DNA of 53,299 nt, the filler included, from Asterionella formosa (Eukaryota): assembly GCA_002256025.1 (NCBI GenBank). It is 4 parts of 4 records of this genome, joined end to end, with 100 filler letters (N's around TTAATTAATTAA, not from the genome) between each part and the next. Parts side by side here need not be neighbours in the genome. Positions count along the whole stretch, not along the records: positions 1 to 13,260 come from NKIB01006835.1; 3 more parts are not named here. The stretch is one strand, 5' to 3'. This document shows, piece by piece, positions 1-11,896 of this stretch (the stretch's first letter is position 1; each line of letters starts with the position of its first letter). The position numbers were made by a program, and so were the translations under genes. The notes under the pieces are model-generated. The model saw only the letters and a program-made list of their open reading frames with translations. It did not search any database and was not told the DNA's origin.

Positions 1-149
1 CACACTGTGCCCGAAGACTGAAATTTGGCTTGGTCACACCAGATTTGTCTCCTGTTAGAAATGGTTCTCCATGGCTTGTCCTGCCTATAAAATACACTGG
101 AGCAAGAACATCCCGCCAGACTTGCTTGGTATCCATGGCTTCTGTTGAT

Positions 150-1035
150 TTGATGTAATCTAAACGTGCCTTGTTGGTACGTTCAATGGTCTGATTAATT
201 GGAAGTAGTGCGCACATCAGAACCATTCCATATGAAATCGGCAAGCTCTGGGTCACTCTCCACTTCTTTGCCTAACTCAGGTTTCACTTTGTATAGCCGA
301 GTTAGGCAACATTCGGCAAACCAATCCTGTTTGTGATTGGAAATGCCTTTCATTTTACTTGGACCAGATAGGGCAGGATGTTCGATTCTCTTTTGGGACC
401 AGAACAAAGCACATTAGATTGATATTCTGTTTTACAGTACCTGCAATTCACGAACTATAACATCAAACTTACATTTTCACAGCAAAACTTCTTGGTCTTG
501 AAAATAAAACTCACAACCTTTGTGACAATTGATGGATCATTTCAACGATGTTCTGAGAAGGCTGCTGAAATTGAAGAGTCTTGATAACCTTGTATGGACA
601 AGCGAGTTTTGAACCGAAATCGATTTACGACCTTTGTAGTGGTTGAGTTCATTGACCAATTGAAAATATCCTTTGGCAAGTGCAAAATGTTTTTCCCTCA
701 GTTTGTCATGTACTTGTTGGTCCGTGCGTTTAGAAAATTTATGATATGGTACCATGTCGTCCATCTGTATCCGGGAGTTTTTATCAATGGTATCATCGAC
801 AGAAGCCATTTTTCTTGTATCAATAACTGAAGTAGAAACGTCATCATTGCTGTCAGTATTAATTACGGGATCCTTTTTACTAGTAGCTGATGGTGTCCCC
901 ATCGACGATGGGGTATTACCCCCAACGTCTCTGCTTTGGATAATCGCCTATTCGGTTTTTCTTTGTTAACTCATTTTGGAACTGGCTTCTTTGTTCCATA
1001 CCTGCAGTATTTGCCACATGTCACTTGTTTCCATG
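150..1035 (-). pseudogene. Disrupted coding remnant inside the TIR element (unknown transposon accessory protein)
   Basis: Collinear ORF fragments 537-902 and 195-407 with stops and shifts. A deleted homologous copy lies at ~12680-13110. No recognisable domain. Confidence 0.3.
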
Positions 1036-1269
1036 AATCTCTTTATTGTTTCTTGAAGACATTGTACTAACAGACATCTCTTGTCGTTGTCTTCCTTAAA
1101 GTTCGATGATCTTAAATTTAGATGTTGCTAGTTACAATGAAATGAATCATCAGTCACTACAAATAATATTTTACGCTGTCTAGATATGATGATACCATAA
1201 TACCAACAGTGCTATTTACATTATCATATACAAAATCAGAACCGAGTTTGAGTAATAGCATATCTTGTT

Positions 1270-1765
1270 TTCAATTATACGATTATACGATCCTAAAATT
1301 ATGATGCTTTTCTGTCCCATGGTAGTAGCAACAGTCTAATGATGATTCACTGTCCCACGGTAGTAGCAACAGTCCTGAACATATGGTATTCTGTTGCTCG
1401 CTTACTACTCCGACTACCCTTTTTCAATTTTACGATCATACAATCCTAAAAATATGATGATTTACTGTCCCGCTGCAGTAGCAGCAGTCATAAACATATT
1501 GTGTTCTGTTGCTCGCATATTCCTCCGACTATTGTTGTTTAGTATTATGATCATACAATGCTGAAACAATGATGATTTACTGTCTTGCTGCAGTAGCAGC
1601 AGTCATAGACATATGGTGTTCTGTTGCTTTGCTTATTACTCCGACTATTGTTTTTTTTTAGTTTTATGATCATACGATCCTAAAACTATGATGATTTACT
1701 GTCCTACTGCAGTAGCAACAGTCCTGAACTGTTCTGTTGCTAGTTTACTATACCGACTACCCCCA
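1270..1765. repeat. Tandem repeat, ~118-bp unit, about 4 diverged copies
   Basis: Recurring GATCATACGATCCTAAAA..ATGATGATTTACTGTCC..GCAGTAGCAACAGTC..CTCCGACTA. About 3 inverted copies at ~12105-12450. Confidence 0.85.
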
Positions 1766-2299
1766 GTATATCACTTACTACCTGCTACTGGTACTCTGTG
1801 TATATATATGATATAAAAATGTTATTGTCATATGATGTACCGGTACACATGAAGAAATCCCGCCCAAAAAAGGGGCTTAAACAATTTGCTACCAAAACCC
1901 TTGCGGTTATGACTTGAATAATCAATTTAAAGGAAGAATCTTAGGTAAGTTCTTGCAAGGAGATGCTCCGAAAGCATGATGTTTTGAGTCGGTGATTATA
2001 TTCTTATCAAATATGTTTCAATGTAAAAATGCTAACATAATTCATGACACACCAGCTGGTCTTACAGAATATAACTTTCAGACTATGGATATTGATGACT
2101 TTATTAGGTGGGCGTTGACGCTTTTTCATTTTGCGCAGTCAAAGGACATTGACAGGGGAAGCCATGGATACAAAGCAAGTCTGGCGGGATGTTCTTGCTC
2201 TGGTGTATTTCATAGGCAGGACAAGCCATGGAGAACTATTTCTAACAAGAGACAAATCTGGTGTGACCAAGCCAAATTTCAGTCTTCGGGCACAGTGTG

Positions 2300-2730
2300 A
2301 ATTGCAAACACGTTTTGTTGGTTCGCTGATCAATGCCAGTACAGAAGCATTTTGCTTCTTGGTGCTGAAAGAAAATTCCGATTGCAACAAAAGTATTTGG
2401 GTTTTAATCCATTTACCCATGAAATTTCAGAGAAGCAACGATATTCGTCATTCTACTGATTTTATCAACAATGGTGGGAAACCACTTATCAAAAAAAGTG
2501 TGAGGAAAGAAAGTTCAGTTTCAAATGGTCTCACTGATCAATGGACTGATGATTTCTTCGTTTATTATAAGGAAATCCACACTGGACTGTCACAAAAGAA
2601 TCGATCTGAATATAAAAGGAATCCTAGTAGAATTGCTACTCCCACCACAAATATCATCTACCCACACTCATACTTCTCATTTCCCAACGTAAGTAAAGAG
2701 GATATGCATCAATTTGTTGAATCACTTTAA
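2300..2730 (+). pseudogene. Fragment of a putative CMC/EnSpm-associated accessory ORF
   Basis: The frame stays open past the TIR. The motif ASTEAFCFLVLKEN resembles the SDEAFALLxLEN motif I recall from such TE ORFs (not searched). Confidence 0.35.
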
Positions 2731-3732
2731 CCAAATGTTCCTGAAAAGAATATTCATTATAATGACCGCATTAATCTGTTGATTTTGAATGGATCTAATA
2801 GAATCCAATTCATACTTAGTATTTACATAATAAATATAGTTAGTTTGAGACTTCTACAATGCAAACCATATCATAAATGTTAAGAAAACATGTATCATAT
2901 AGCTCTTGGGGAATAGCTTTGTTGGTTATTCTCCACCTGTATTCCCTTGGGTTCCGGGTGGGTCGGCAGACAACAAGCAGGGCGGTCTAAGGCCCTCTGG
3001 GGGGCCAAGTGCTACTTCACAATCTCCGCAATTGTCGAGTTCTTTAACAATAGCGTACTATAAAATTTACTTAATAATGTTTTATGATATTGCTCTGTAC
3101 TACCGGTAGTAGTGCCGCCTGTACTTTATGTAGCGAATTCGAATAAATACGCTAGTGTGGTCGGCAGAACAACTTACATGGTGCAAAAGGAAAGAAAGAT
3201 AAAAGATGAAAATATAATCTTAAAGATATATATACCTACGCCGTTCTAGCGCATTCGCTGTCCAAGCTCGTACGCTGTACTATCGCTAACAAAGCACTCT
3301 AACGGCTAGTTATGACACGGTACGTGCACTCACGCGCCCACACTGCACTGCAATATTCGTTCAGTCCCCTCGATTACATGGGAGGTGAAACCAAACAAAT
3401 ATACCAGTAAACATCGACCTGGATTCAGTGCCACACGTCATTGCGAAGGAATGATTCCGGATACAATGATGTTACCTAGTTAGTCGCCTGATAGTTTCGG
3501 AATGTTGCATACTACCAAGATCCATTCACCATCCCTTTCTGTTAAAGATCAATTCTCTGCTTCATCATCAAATGGTCTATTGACGGATTGTCCCTTGACG
3601 GCGTTTGTCTTGAGATGCGAAGCGGAATTGACCGGCTCGATAAATGGCTAACCATGCTGTCATGGCAGAAAGGGAGTGAGTGAATCTGAGTGAAAGAGGC
3701 AGGCAAACATAGCAGGTGTCCCTAATAAGATT

Positions 3733-4410
3733 GTGCATGTATCACGGAGTAAGGATGCACCCTTGTCTCAATTGGTTTATCCTGATTTACCGAACAAGGG
3801 GGCCAACTACGTAAAGAGCATTGCGAATTCAGCAATAGAAATAACAAGAATTAAAAGTCTTGAAGATGGGGTTGAGCATTGTACTGTTTCCATTGTAAGG
3901 ATTGACTTTTATTATCATGTTAAAATTGAAAGTAACGTTCCCGGCAGAACAACTATTTTCAGATGCCATCTGAAATGGAATAATGATTCAAAGGCAGGAA
4001 TCTCTGGTCATGAATGGTTTGACTGGGTCGAAGTGAACTGGGAGAAGGGAGATGGATCAAGTTCCTACACAGTTCCTGCAAAACTACTTCTTTGGGGAAA
4101 TGTTATTTTCTCCAACTCAACAACCATTCTCTTAGCGTGTATTCGTTCCTTGAAAAGTTCAATTGAAATGAAAAATAATTCATAAACGTATGTTTTTTGC
4201 AAGAGGAGACACCTTATGCAATGATACAACTGAATTGAGCGTTGTTGAATTTCATAACATACCTTCGGTAGCATTTGTTGTTCCTGCTTTGAAACCACAG
4301 GAATCAAAAGATTCTCTGAAACCGGCTGCAAGAAGTTTTGGAACAGATACGGAAAGATAATTTTTATGTTGCCATGCCTCCACGTTAATTATGAAAATTA
4401 ACCGGGTGAA
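3733..4410 (+). pseudogene. C-terminal fragment of a Plavaka/CMC-like transposase
   Basis: IFRCHLKW...HEWFDWVEVNW...VPAKLLLW resembles the FRAHP...WYDWxxVxW...PAxxL C-terminal signature. Stops and frameshifts follow; no catalytic N-terminal part. Confidence 0.5.
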
Positions 4411-4594
4411 ACCAAAAACTAACAAGCAAACGTTGATAAATATATAAGAATAATATAAATGATAATGGTAACAATATAGTTTCACATACTATATTGGTTA
4501 TTATGAGGTTTTCACAAACTACAATTTCCTAAGAAATGATGACATTGGATGATCCCAGTGGTCCATTATTTGTTCTTTTTCACTCCAAAAGAAC

Positions 4595-5640
4595 CTAAGA
4601 TGGTCCTTCTCGTTTCGTCCGAAATTTTGCTTCTCCACTTTTCAACTGCAGTTCGATATAAGGCTGTAAAATTTTCCAATTTGATTCCAGAAGGGCTATC
4701 ATCAGATACAATTTATTTTTCAACTTTTTGTCAATTTTGATGCATCCAGAAATTTGGCCAAGAGGTGCAGGATTATACCATTCGAAGGGAGCAAGTTTTT
4801 TCATTACTTTGTTGTTTCATGGATTTTACGTAGACAACATCATCCTTCTTGAAAGAAGGCAGAGTTGCAAGGAACTAGTCCAAATACTTTGTTCAACATT
4901 TTTAAATCTAAATAGGATGTCAAAACTTTGTCGATACAAAATTGAAGAACAGTTATTTCCAACTGAAACATGTCCTCACGATTCTTGTGAAAGATATCCT
5001 GTATCGGTGCATAACAATTCCAATTCTTTTCAGCTTCCGGGGATGATGCAGTACTTACGGGCAAGGTGAAATACTTGATCATAAGAATGTTCATCCACAC
5101 TTGCATCTTTTCCTGGGTCACGGATTTGACATAATCCATCAGCCATTTATAGCAAAAAATAATGCACAAAATGATTGTTTTCCTACTCATCTGATCTTTT
5201 GCAATACACAATTAAAACATAATTACTTTCGTGATGAAGTGGATGACAATCACCTTGGTATATATATGGATTGTAATCACCCTTTTACCTTTACATCACT
5301 TGGATGAAGTTCATGAATTATATAATGGATCATAGAGCAAGATAATTGTTTCAAGGTCCCAATATGCAAGATCTTTAAAATATGAAGATAATTTTTTGAT
5401 ACTACCTTTGACTCCATAAAATACAGAGATGTAATTGCATATATCTTGTGGGGTACAAGTGTACAACTCTTTCCAAATTTTTTGTTCTCCATGCGATTTC
5501 GGCAAAATCAACAAGGAAAATGCCGTTTGCTTTGGCATAATAACTCTACACATTTCACATGCCGACTTTTCACAAAAGTAGCTAGCTCCCTTCTGGTTTG
5601 TTCTAGTTGAACTCTTTCCACAAATTTTGTTGTCCATGCG
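4595..5640 (-). pseudogene. Frameshifted coding remnant of unknown family
   Basis: Chain of consecutive minus-strand ORFs (5311-5637, 5277-5492, 4840-5211, 4595-4804). No recognisable domain. Confidence 0.25.
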
Positions 5641-5837
5641 ATTTCGGCAAACTCAAACAGAAAAATGCCGTTTGCTTTGGCATAATAACTCTACACATTT
5701 CATATGCCGACTCTTCACAAAAATAGCTAGCTGCCTTCGGGTTTGTTCTATTTGAACTCTTTCCACAATTTTAGTTGTCCATGCGATTTCGGCAAATTCA
5801 AGGAAAATGCCGTTTGCTTTGGCATAATAACTCTACA
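5466..5837. repeat. Tandem repeat, ~145-bp unit, 2.6 copies
   Basis: AACTCTTTCC...ATGCGATTTCGGCAAA...GCATAATAACTCTACA starts at ~5466, ~5610 and ~5755. Confidence 0.9.
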
Positions 5838-5909
5838 GGAGGTAACCAGTGTCATAGGTTATGACATTGTGATGAACCTTGGCTTCAATCTTCGACTCAC
5901 TGTGATCCA

Positions 5910-6482
5910 TCAATACATAAACTTGTTGCACATATACTCTCGTGTAATTTGGGGTAATGGCTTCGTCAGTACATCAGCCAAATTAGTCTTTCCATCTTCC
6001 TTCGTTACCGGTGCATCCCCTGGAATAGACTCCTGCACTCCCCTGTAAAAGTCGTGCCAATCGCATTTAACAAACCTGGATTCATCTATATTGGGGTGCG
6101 TCGGATCAAAGATCAACGTCCTCTTGGCGGCTTTCGCTTTCAAATATGCGAACATGTGATATACCTTTTGTAAGTGTCCGCTCCTCGGCAACGCTAGGTG
6201 AGTAGATAACATAGAAACTTCCATAGCAATGTCTATTCGTCCAAGCTCCACTGCCCAGCGGAGCATGCCGATCAATTCCTGGTAGTATCTCACCCCTTCA
6301 ATCTTGAGTTCAGCAGAGGTATCCAGTTTCGGTCTATAATTCCCCTGCAATGGGGTAGTGCATGTCGTCGGAAGCCGCTGACCCGACTCATCGAGTTTGA
6401 ACTCTATGTTGGCGATGGCCGCCTTGACATACTGCTCCGAAGTCATGGCCCAACACTCAACTCCGCCGACTATTTTCTGCAT
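5910..6482 (-). mobile_element. Ty1/Copia (diatom CoDi-type) pol fragment: RT C-terminus fused to the RNase H tail
   Basis: YYQELIGMLRWAVELGRIDIAMEVSMLS..GHL..AYLK, DWHDFY..IPGDAP and NLADVLTKPL motifs. No YVDD motif and no LTRs. Confidence 0.9.
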
Positions 6483-7162
6483 GCCTAATATATATGACTT
6501 CTATCTATGCGTAACCTGATGTGTGCAAGAAAATAATCTGAAGGAAAATGGATTGACCACACCGGTACAATCATTGATATATCAAAATTATCATCAACAT
6601 AATAAAACATTTGATCAATATATCAACAATTTTGGTTAACCGATTAACCGATTAGATTTGGTAACTAATATATAAGAGTTCATATATACGCATAACCTAG
6701 CATGTGTATGCTAGTTACCTAACGTACAAATTTGATTGATCATACAGACACTGCCGTTGATATTTCAATATTATCATCAACATATCAAAAAAATTGAATA
6801 ATCAATCAGTTTTTTTCACCTATGCTGAGTAAAAATGTTAGATCTAATGGAAAATCTATTCACAGACGTTCCCAACTTGCATGATGACAAATGGTTCATT
6901 TTTAGGTTGCTGATTAATAGAATACCAAAAAAAGCTGCAAATAAAGTGTGCAGAGCAGGCAGTTCAATTTGTTAATACACCAAACAATCACAGAATATTT
7001 ATCTGGTTACTTAAATGTAAATGTATTATATGATCATATCAGTTGTCTATTTGACAAACTTCATTTTGATCAAATAAAAAAAGAATAATAGATGTTTTCG
7101 TGTTTATTAATTATTAATAGTAATGTAAACTGAAACTTTAGCATCACAAATATTGGCCACTT

Positions 7163-8716
7163 TTATAGAGTAATGAGATCGAAATTTTTGTGACTTGTCA
7201 AGAGTTCAATCTCTGTGGGAATTGTGCCAGTGATCGTATTGAAGGACAAATCTAGAGTTGTGAGACTTGTCAAGAGTCCAATCTCAGTGGGAAGTGTTCC
7301 ATTGAAACTATTGTCACTCAAATTTAGATTTGTGAGACTTGTCAAGAGTCCAATCTCTGTGGGAACTGTACCAGTGAATGAATTTAAATAAAGCCACAAA
7401 AGTGTGAGACTTGTCAAGAGTCCAATCTCTGTGGAAAGTGTTCCAGTGAAGGGAATATGAGACAAATCTAGACAATTGAGGATTGTCAAGAGACCAATCT
7501 CTGTGGGAAGTGTGCCAGTGAAAATATTGAATGACAAAGATAGATGTGTGAGACTTGTCAAGAGTCCAATCTCTGTGGGAAATGTACCAGTGAAGGTATT
7601 GTCACTCAAATCTAGATAATTGAGACTTGTCAAGAGTCCAATCTCTGTGGGAATTGTGCCATTGAAAGCATTCTTTGACAAATCTACATACATGAGACTT
7701 ATTAAGAGTCCGATCTCAGGAAGAAGAGATCCATTAAGTTGAGACTCGGAAGGTTTCAAATGAGTGATATTGATCCCATTCTTGCAAGTAATGTAATCCC
7801 AATCACAAAAGCCATATTCAGAATCAGTTCCATTATTTGGAAACCATGATTTACTTGAAAGTCTTAAAAGATCACCAGTTGCATAATTAAACACTGCCAA
7901 GGCATAGAATTGCAAAAAAGTATAGTCTCTGGGACTATTTTTTAGTGTTGATTGCGTTAACCATATCAGTGCCCTTTCTTGTGAAGAGCCAGGAGTTGAA
8001 AGTGTTGCTTCATTATCCAATGATTGTCCAGCCAAGAACCCAATCGCACTTTGAGAAGGACTTGCTGATGGATTATCTGATGGAGCCAATGTTGGGCTTG
8101 CTGATGGTTTTGGTCTTGTGAGCTGAATGGGAATAGCAATGACAGCAGCTAAGATGCCAATCGCCAAAATGAACATCAAGGTATTTCTCCCTTGATGTCG
8201 ATTCTGGGCTTTTCTTTCTGCTTGAAGGTCAACAACTAAGGCATTGGCAATTTTTGTATCATCGACAAGAACAGCTTTGAATAGTATTTCATGTTCCAGC
8301 TGGCCATGATCTTCCAAAATGTGGGAGTCTTGCTGGGGAATGAAATCTTGTCCTCTTACTAGAAATGCGCCAGGAGTACCTGATGTATGTGATGGTGCTG
8401 CAATAGCACCTCGAGGTGAAGCTGCTGTTGATGAGAGTGCTGGAACAAAGACATCAGACAAATCCTTGTCATCTTCAGGAGACACAAATGCGGCTTTCTT
8501 CTTTCGGTCTCGGTATTCCATTTTCGCCTCGTCTGCAAACGGGACTTCTTTGCCGGATCCAACATACTTTTCTTTCTGAGCATTTTGAGGAGGCATTGCT
8601 GACGAATCCTCCAATGCAGTGGCTTCCATCTCTTCTTCTTTCGCCTCTTCTAAAAACTGATGAGCATAGAGGATAGCATCATCATTCTTCTTGTTATGAA
8701 TGTTAGTTGACGACAT
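7163..8716 (-). CDS. Membrane-anchored leucine-rich-repeat protein (plant-type 24-aa LRRs), type II topology
   Basis: 517-aa intronless ORF with TM helix LMFILAIGILAAVIAIPIQL, PS/PT linker, LRR cap FCDWDYITC and 8 LxLSxNxFxGTxPTEIGLLTSL repeats. Confidence 0.9.
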   Translation of the reverse strand: MSSTNIHNKKNDDAILYAHQFLEEAKEEEMEATALEDSSAMPPQNAQKEKYVGSGKEVPFADEAKMEYRDRKKKAAFVSPEDDKDLSDVFVPALSSTAASPRGAIAAPSHTSGTPGAFLVRGQDFIPQQDSHILEDHGQLEHEILFKAVLVDDTKIANALVVDLQAERKAQNRHQGRNTLMFILAIGILAAVIAIPIQLTRPKPSASPTLAPSDNPSASPSQSAIGFLAGQSLDNEATLSTPGSSQERALIWLTQSTLKNSPRDYTFLQFYALAVFNYATGDLLRLSSKSWFPNNGTDSEYGFCDWDYITCKNGINITHLKPSESQLNGSLLPEIGLLISLMYVDLSKNAFNGTIPTEIGLLTSLNYLDLSDNTFTGTFPTEIGLLTSLTHLSLSFNIFTGTLPTEIGLLTILNCLDLSHIPFTGTLSTEIGLLTSLTLLWLYLNSFTGTVPTEIGLLTSLTNLNLSDNSFNGTLPTEIGLLTSLTTLDLSFNTITGTIPTEIELLTSHKNFDLITL

Positions 8717-8959
8717 GCTGGTCTTATTGTGAACGATATCAAGGACGATGAGATAACAGAGATAAGATAACAGAAAACAGAATTAACAATATTTTACAGA
8801 TGTGTTCTGCGGATTTACTGTTGGTGGAATACATATGACCTCCTAAAATCGTGCTTAGAAACAAAGAAGATAAAAAAAGTTTTTCTTTATACATATACCA
8901 TAATACCGGAACTTAGAAAGGAGAGCGTAAAGATCCTACCGGTACTTCTGTATTCTCAT

Positions 8960-9283
8960 GACTTGATTCTTCAGGACTCACTACGTACTCTTCTTATCTT
9001 GACTTGATTCTTCATGACTTACTACGTACTCTTCTCATCTTGACTTGATTCTTCATGACTTCCTACATACTCTTCTCATCTTGACTTGATTCTTCATGAC
9101 TTACTACATACTCTTCTCATCTTGACTTGATTCTTCATGACTTACTACGTACTCTTCTCATCTTGACTTGATTCTTCATGACTTACTACGTACTCTTCTC
9201 ATCTTGACTTGATTCTTCGTGACTTACTATGTACGAATCTATCTCAAAACTTGATTCGTCATGACTTACGTACTATTCTCATG
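8960..9283. repeat. 41-bp minisatellite, about 7-8 copies
   Basis: Unit GACTTGATTCTTCATGACTTACTACGTACTCTTCTCATCTT, head-to-tail without spacers. Confidence 0.95.
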
Positions 9284-11896
9284 ATTTGGGGTTAGGGTCC
9301 ACGATGACATTTGTTTCCCAAATGTCTGCCGAGCATTTCATGCTGCTATAAATGGGTACCCTTCGAAATTCAAATTTTTTTTTGAAAGAATTAATACATC
9401 ACAACTAATTTTTGCAGATAGAATACATAATATTGCCGTTGCGCTCTGATACTTGAATTCTTTTGAATTACTTTTCTGAGATGAAATATAAATTTTTAGC
9501 AGTACATCTTCATATCAACACATCTTCTGGTATGTTATGCCACCTCTTGTACAAATTTATTCAATTGTTCCTTAATGAAAGCTGAGAGACACCAATGAGA
9601 GAGTCACCGGAGGCTTCAGTCCTGCTGTCATTATCATTGGCATCTTTGTCAGCATCATCTTTTTTCTCCTGCTTATCTTGGGATTGCAACTCTTATTTTT
9701 TCTTGAGACAGCTACATTTTCGCAACGTTGAGGAGGAAGAGACAAGACCCTCTCTGGCTGGTCTTTTTTCCAGAAGAAGATGATGACATCATCACAGTAT
9801 TTATTTAGCCATATATAGCTATTTACAACAACTTGTGCGATGCTACTGCCCTGGCATGTGAATCTCATCCATAACAAGAAGTGCTCCATGTGCTATACTT
9901 GAAATGTGCAGTAAAAAATGATACTCCCTCTGCTCATGTTAAGTTGACCAAAACTTAGCAGCTTGGCCAATCATGAAGTGCAAGCTCCAGTAATTCTCCA
10001 GTTAACAGCCCCTAGTACTACCTCAATCAAGACAATATGTATGATTGAATCAAATAGTAAAAGGAAACATTAGCTTTCTCCAAAACAACCACTTTGCATA
10101 TGCTTAGATACAGTTATTGTTTGACTCAGGGGTAGTATGATCTATATACTACAGATATGATAAGATCCTCATTTCTGGAGAGAAATGGTAGTTATCCCCT
10201 GCTTAGGAATCGTAATTATCCCAAAAATTGGGCTACAAACCTTTTAAAAAATCTACGGGAGATAACAGCCATTTCTCTGCAGAAGTTAACTCATGAGGTT
10301 AAAGGGTACACAGCTATCTATGATGTGGAGCAATCCTCCTCCAAAAAAGTCGACCTTATTGGCCTTTTCCATCAGAGATACAATTCAAAAATATATCTCA
10401 GTAACAGAAAAATATTTAGCCTTTTTTGTGTCCCTGCAGACACATGCATCAGGCTTTCAGCAGAAAATTATTCATCTACTGTTGGTGTACAACAGGTACC
10501 GAAATGTTGAATTTAAATCATGTCCAACGTTGGGATACCTACTACCTGGTACCAGTGCCATATATAGTATGTTGCACTGATATTTTTGCATGTAAATGTG
10601 CACGCCATATATATGATTTATTTGAATTTAAATCATGTCAATCACAGGGATAGGGTTAAGATGAGGGAGTGACAGAGAATACTGGTACCTGATATGCAAC
10701 AATCACACGTTCTTCTGTGACGTTGGTACTGGTACCTATGCATAGTAGGTGATGTTGGGTATGCAATAACACGTTCCCGTACAAACAAGGTAAGATTGGT
10801 ACCTATACTTGATGGGGGGGGGGGGGGTATATATAAAACAAATATAAAAAAAAAAAAGGTCGGGTGGGTTNNNNNNNNNNCCCCCCCCCTCCCCCCCCCC
10901 CCCCCCACCCCCCCCCCCCCCCCCCTATACTATAACACAATCTCATACAAACAAGGTGAGGTAGGGTTCTGTAGAATCAAAAGAGATTGTACCGTTAATA
11001 TCATATTATTGTATGATTACAACAGTGAACTTATAATGTCACTATCACATACTCACAATCACTTGTAACTAAACCTATGATACTTTGATCACATTCATAA
11101 GATCACAACAAATTGCATTGTTTATCATTTCGCATAACCATACTGCATCATTCTTCATATGAATACCAATCAAAGTTGATATCGAACACAACAAGAACAT
11201 AAACAATGACAAAGAGGATGGGTCTTTTTGGGTTTACACTAGAAGACGAATTTACATCGAGGAAGAAACTGAAGCAACCCATTAAATAGGTTGAGAGCAC
11301 ATGTCTGTTTCCTTCCAGATCTGATCATTTCGAAAAAAATTTACAATTCTGCAGGGAAAAAGTTAAAATGCTAATTCCATAACTGTCCCAATGCATTTAT
11401 CAGAGAGGTCATCTTCTACGGAAAGCTCAAAACATTTGAACCATTTTTTTCAATGAAAAGCAGTGGGCTATTCTTAATGATCGTTCAACAAATCGAGAAA
11501 ATGCCAGTCGATCTCTCATGATAATGTGCAATATGTCCCATGACAAGAAATGTTAGATACATTATTAGCACCTGGAGAGACAAAGTGATCGGTCTCAGTC
11601 TGTAGCGCAGAACGATTTCAAATATATATATTCCATGAATATAGTAATAAAATTTGTAAATATATATATATATATATCAAGTGTTATACATTTATAGAAT
11701 TCAAAGGCGCCCTCGATATGGAACATCTGGTATTTTTGAGATGATCATACTCGCATATACATAATTCGAAAATACTCAATGCACTATATGTCCATTGTTT
11801 TCCACAACTACGTATACCAGTATTGTTTCTGAAATTTGTTTGCATCAATATTTTCTACGTTCGTTAGAACTAATTATTTAGACCATTCAATTGGTG

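Larger units (their letters stand above)
1..2299. mobile_element. Non-autonomous TIR DNA transposon (~140-bp TIRs starting CACACTGTG; probably CMC/Transib-like)
   Basis: 1-142 (CACACTGTGCCCGAAGACTG...ATCCATGGCTTC) is the near-perfect reverse complement of 2158-2299. The left flank is absent, so no TSD can be tested. The superfamily is inferred from the CAC termini. Confidence 0.7.

Noticed and set aside
1..40. Complete RAG recombination signal sequence
   Set aside because: Heptamer-like sequence only; no nonamer at 12 or 23 bp and no RAG-like ORF in the window.
2131..2299. Peptide MDTKQVWRDVLA... repeated at 13086-13260 as a protein family
   Set aside because: It is a translation of the TIR itself.
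7190..7745. CRISPR-like pattern of a ~31-bp constant repeat with ~41-bp variable spacers
   Set aside because: It is the 72-bp periodicity of in-frame LRR codons. The spacers are homologous to each other, there are no cas genes, and the context is eukaryotic.
8960..9283. 41-bp array as a CRISPR
   Set aside because: Head-to-tail units with no unique spacers.
9400..10520. Short ORFs as a possible transposase remnant
   Set aside because: No motif I can identify with confidence.
10814..10925. Poly-G/poly-C tracts around N10 (also 20465-20519) as G-quadruplex elements
   Set aside because: They flank scaffold gaps and look like low-quality read-end artefacts.
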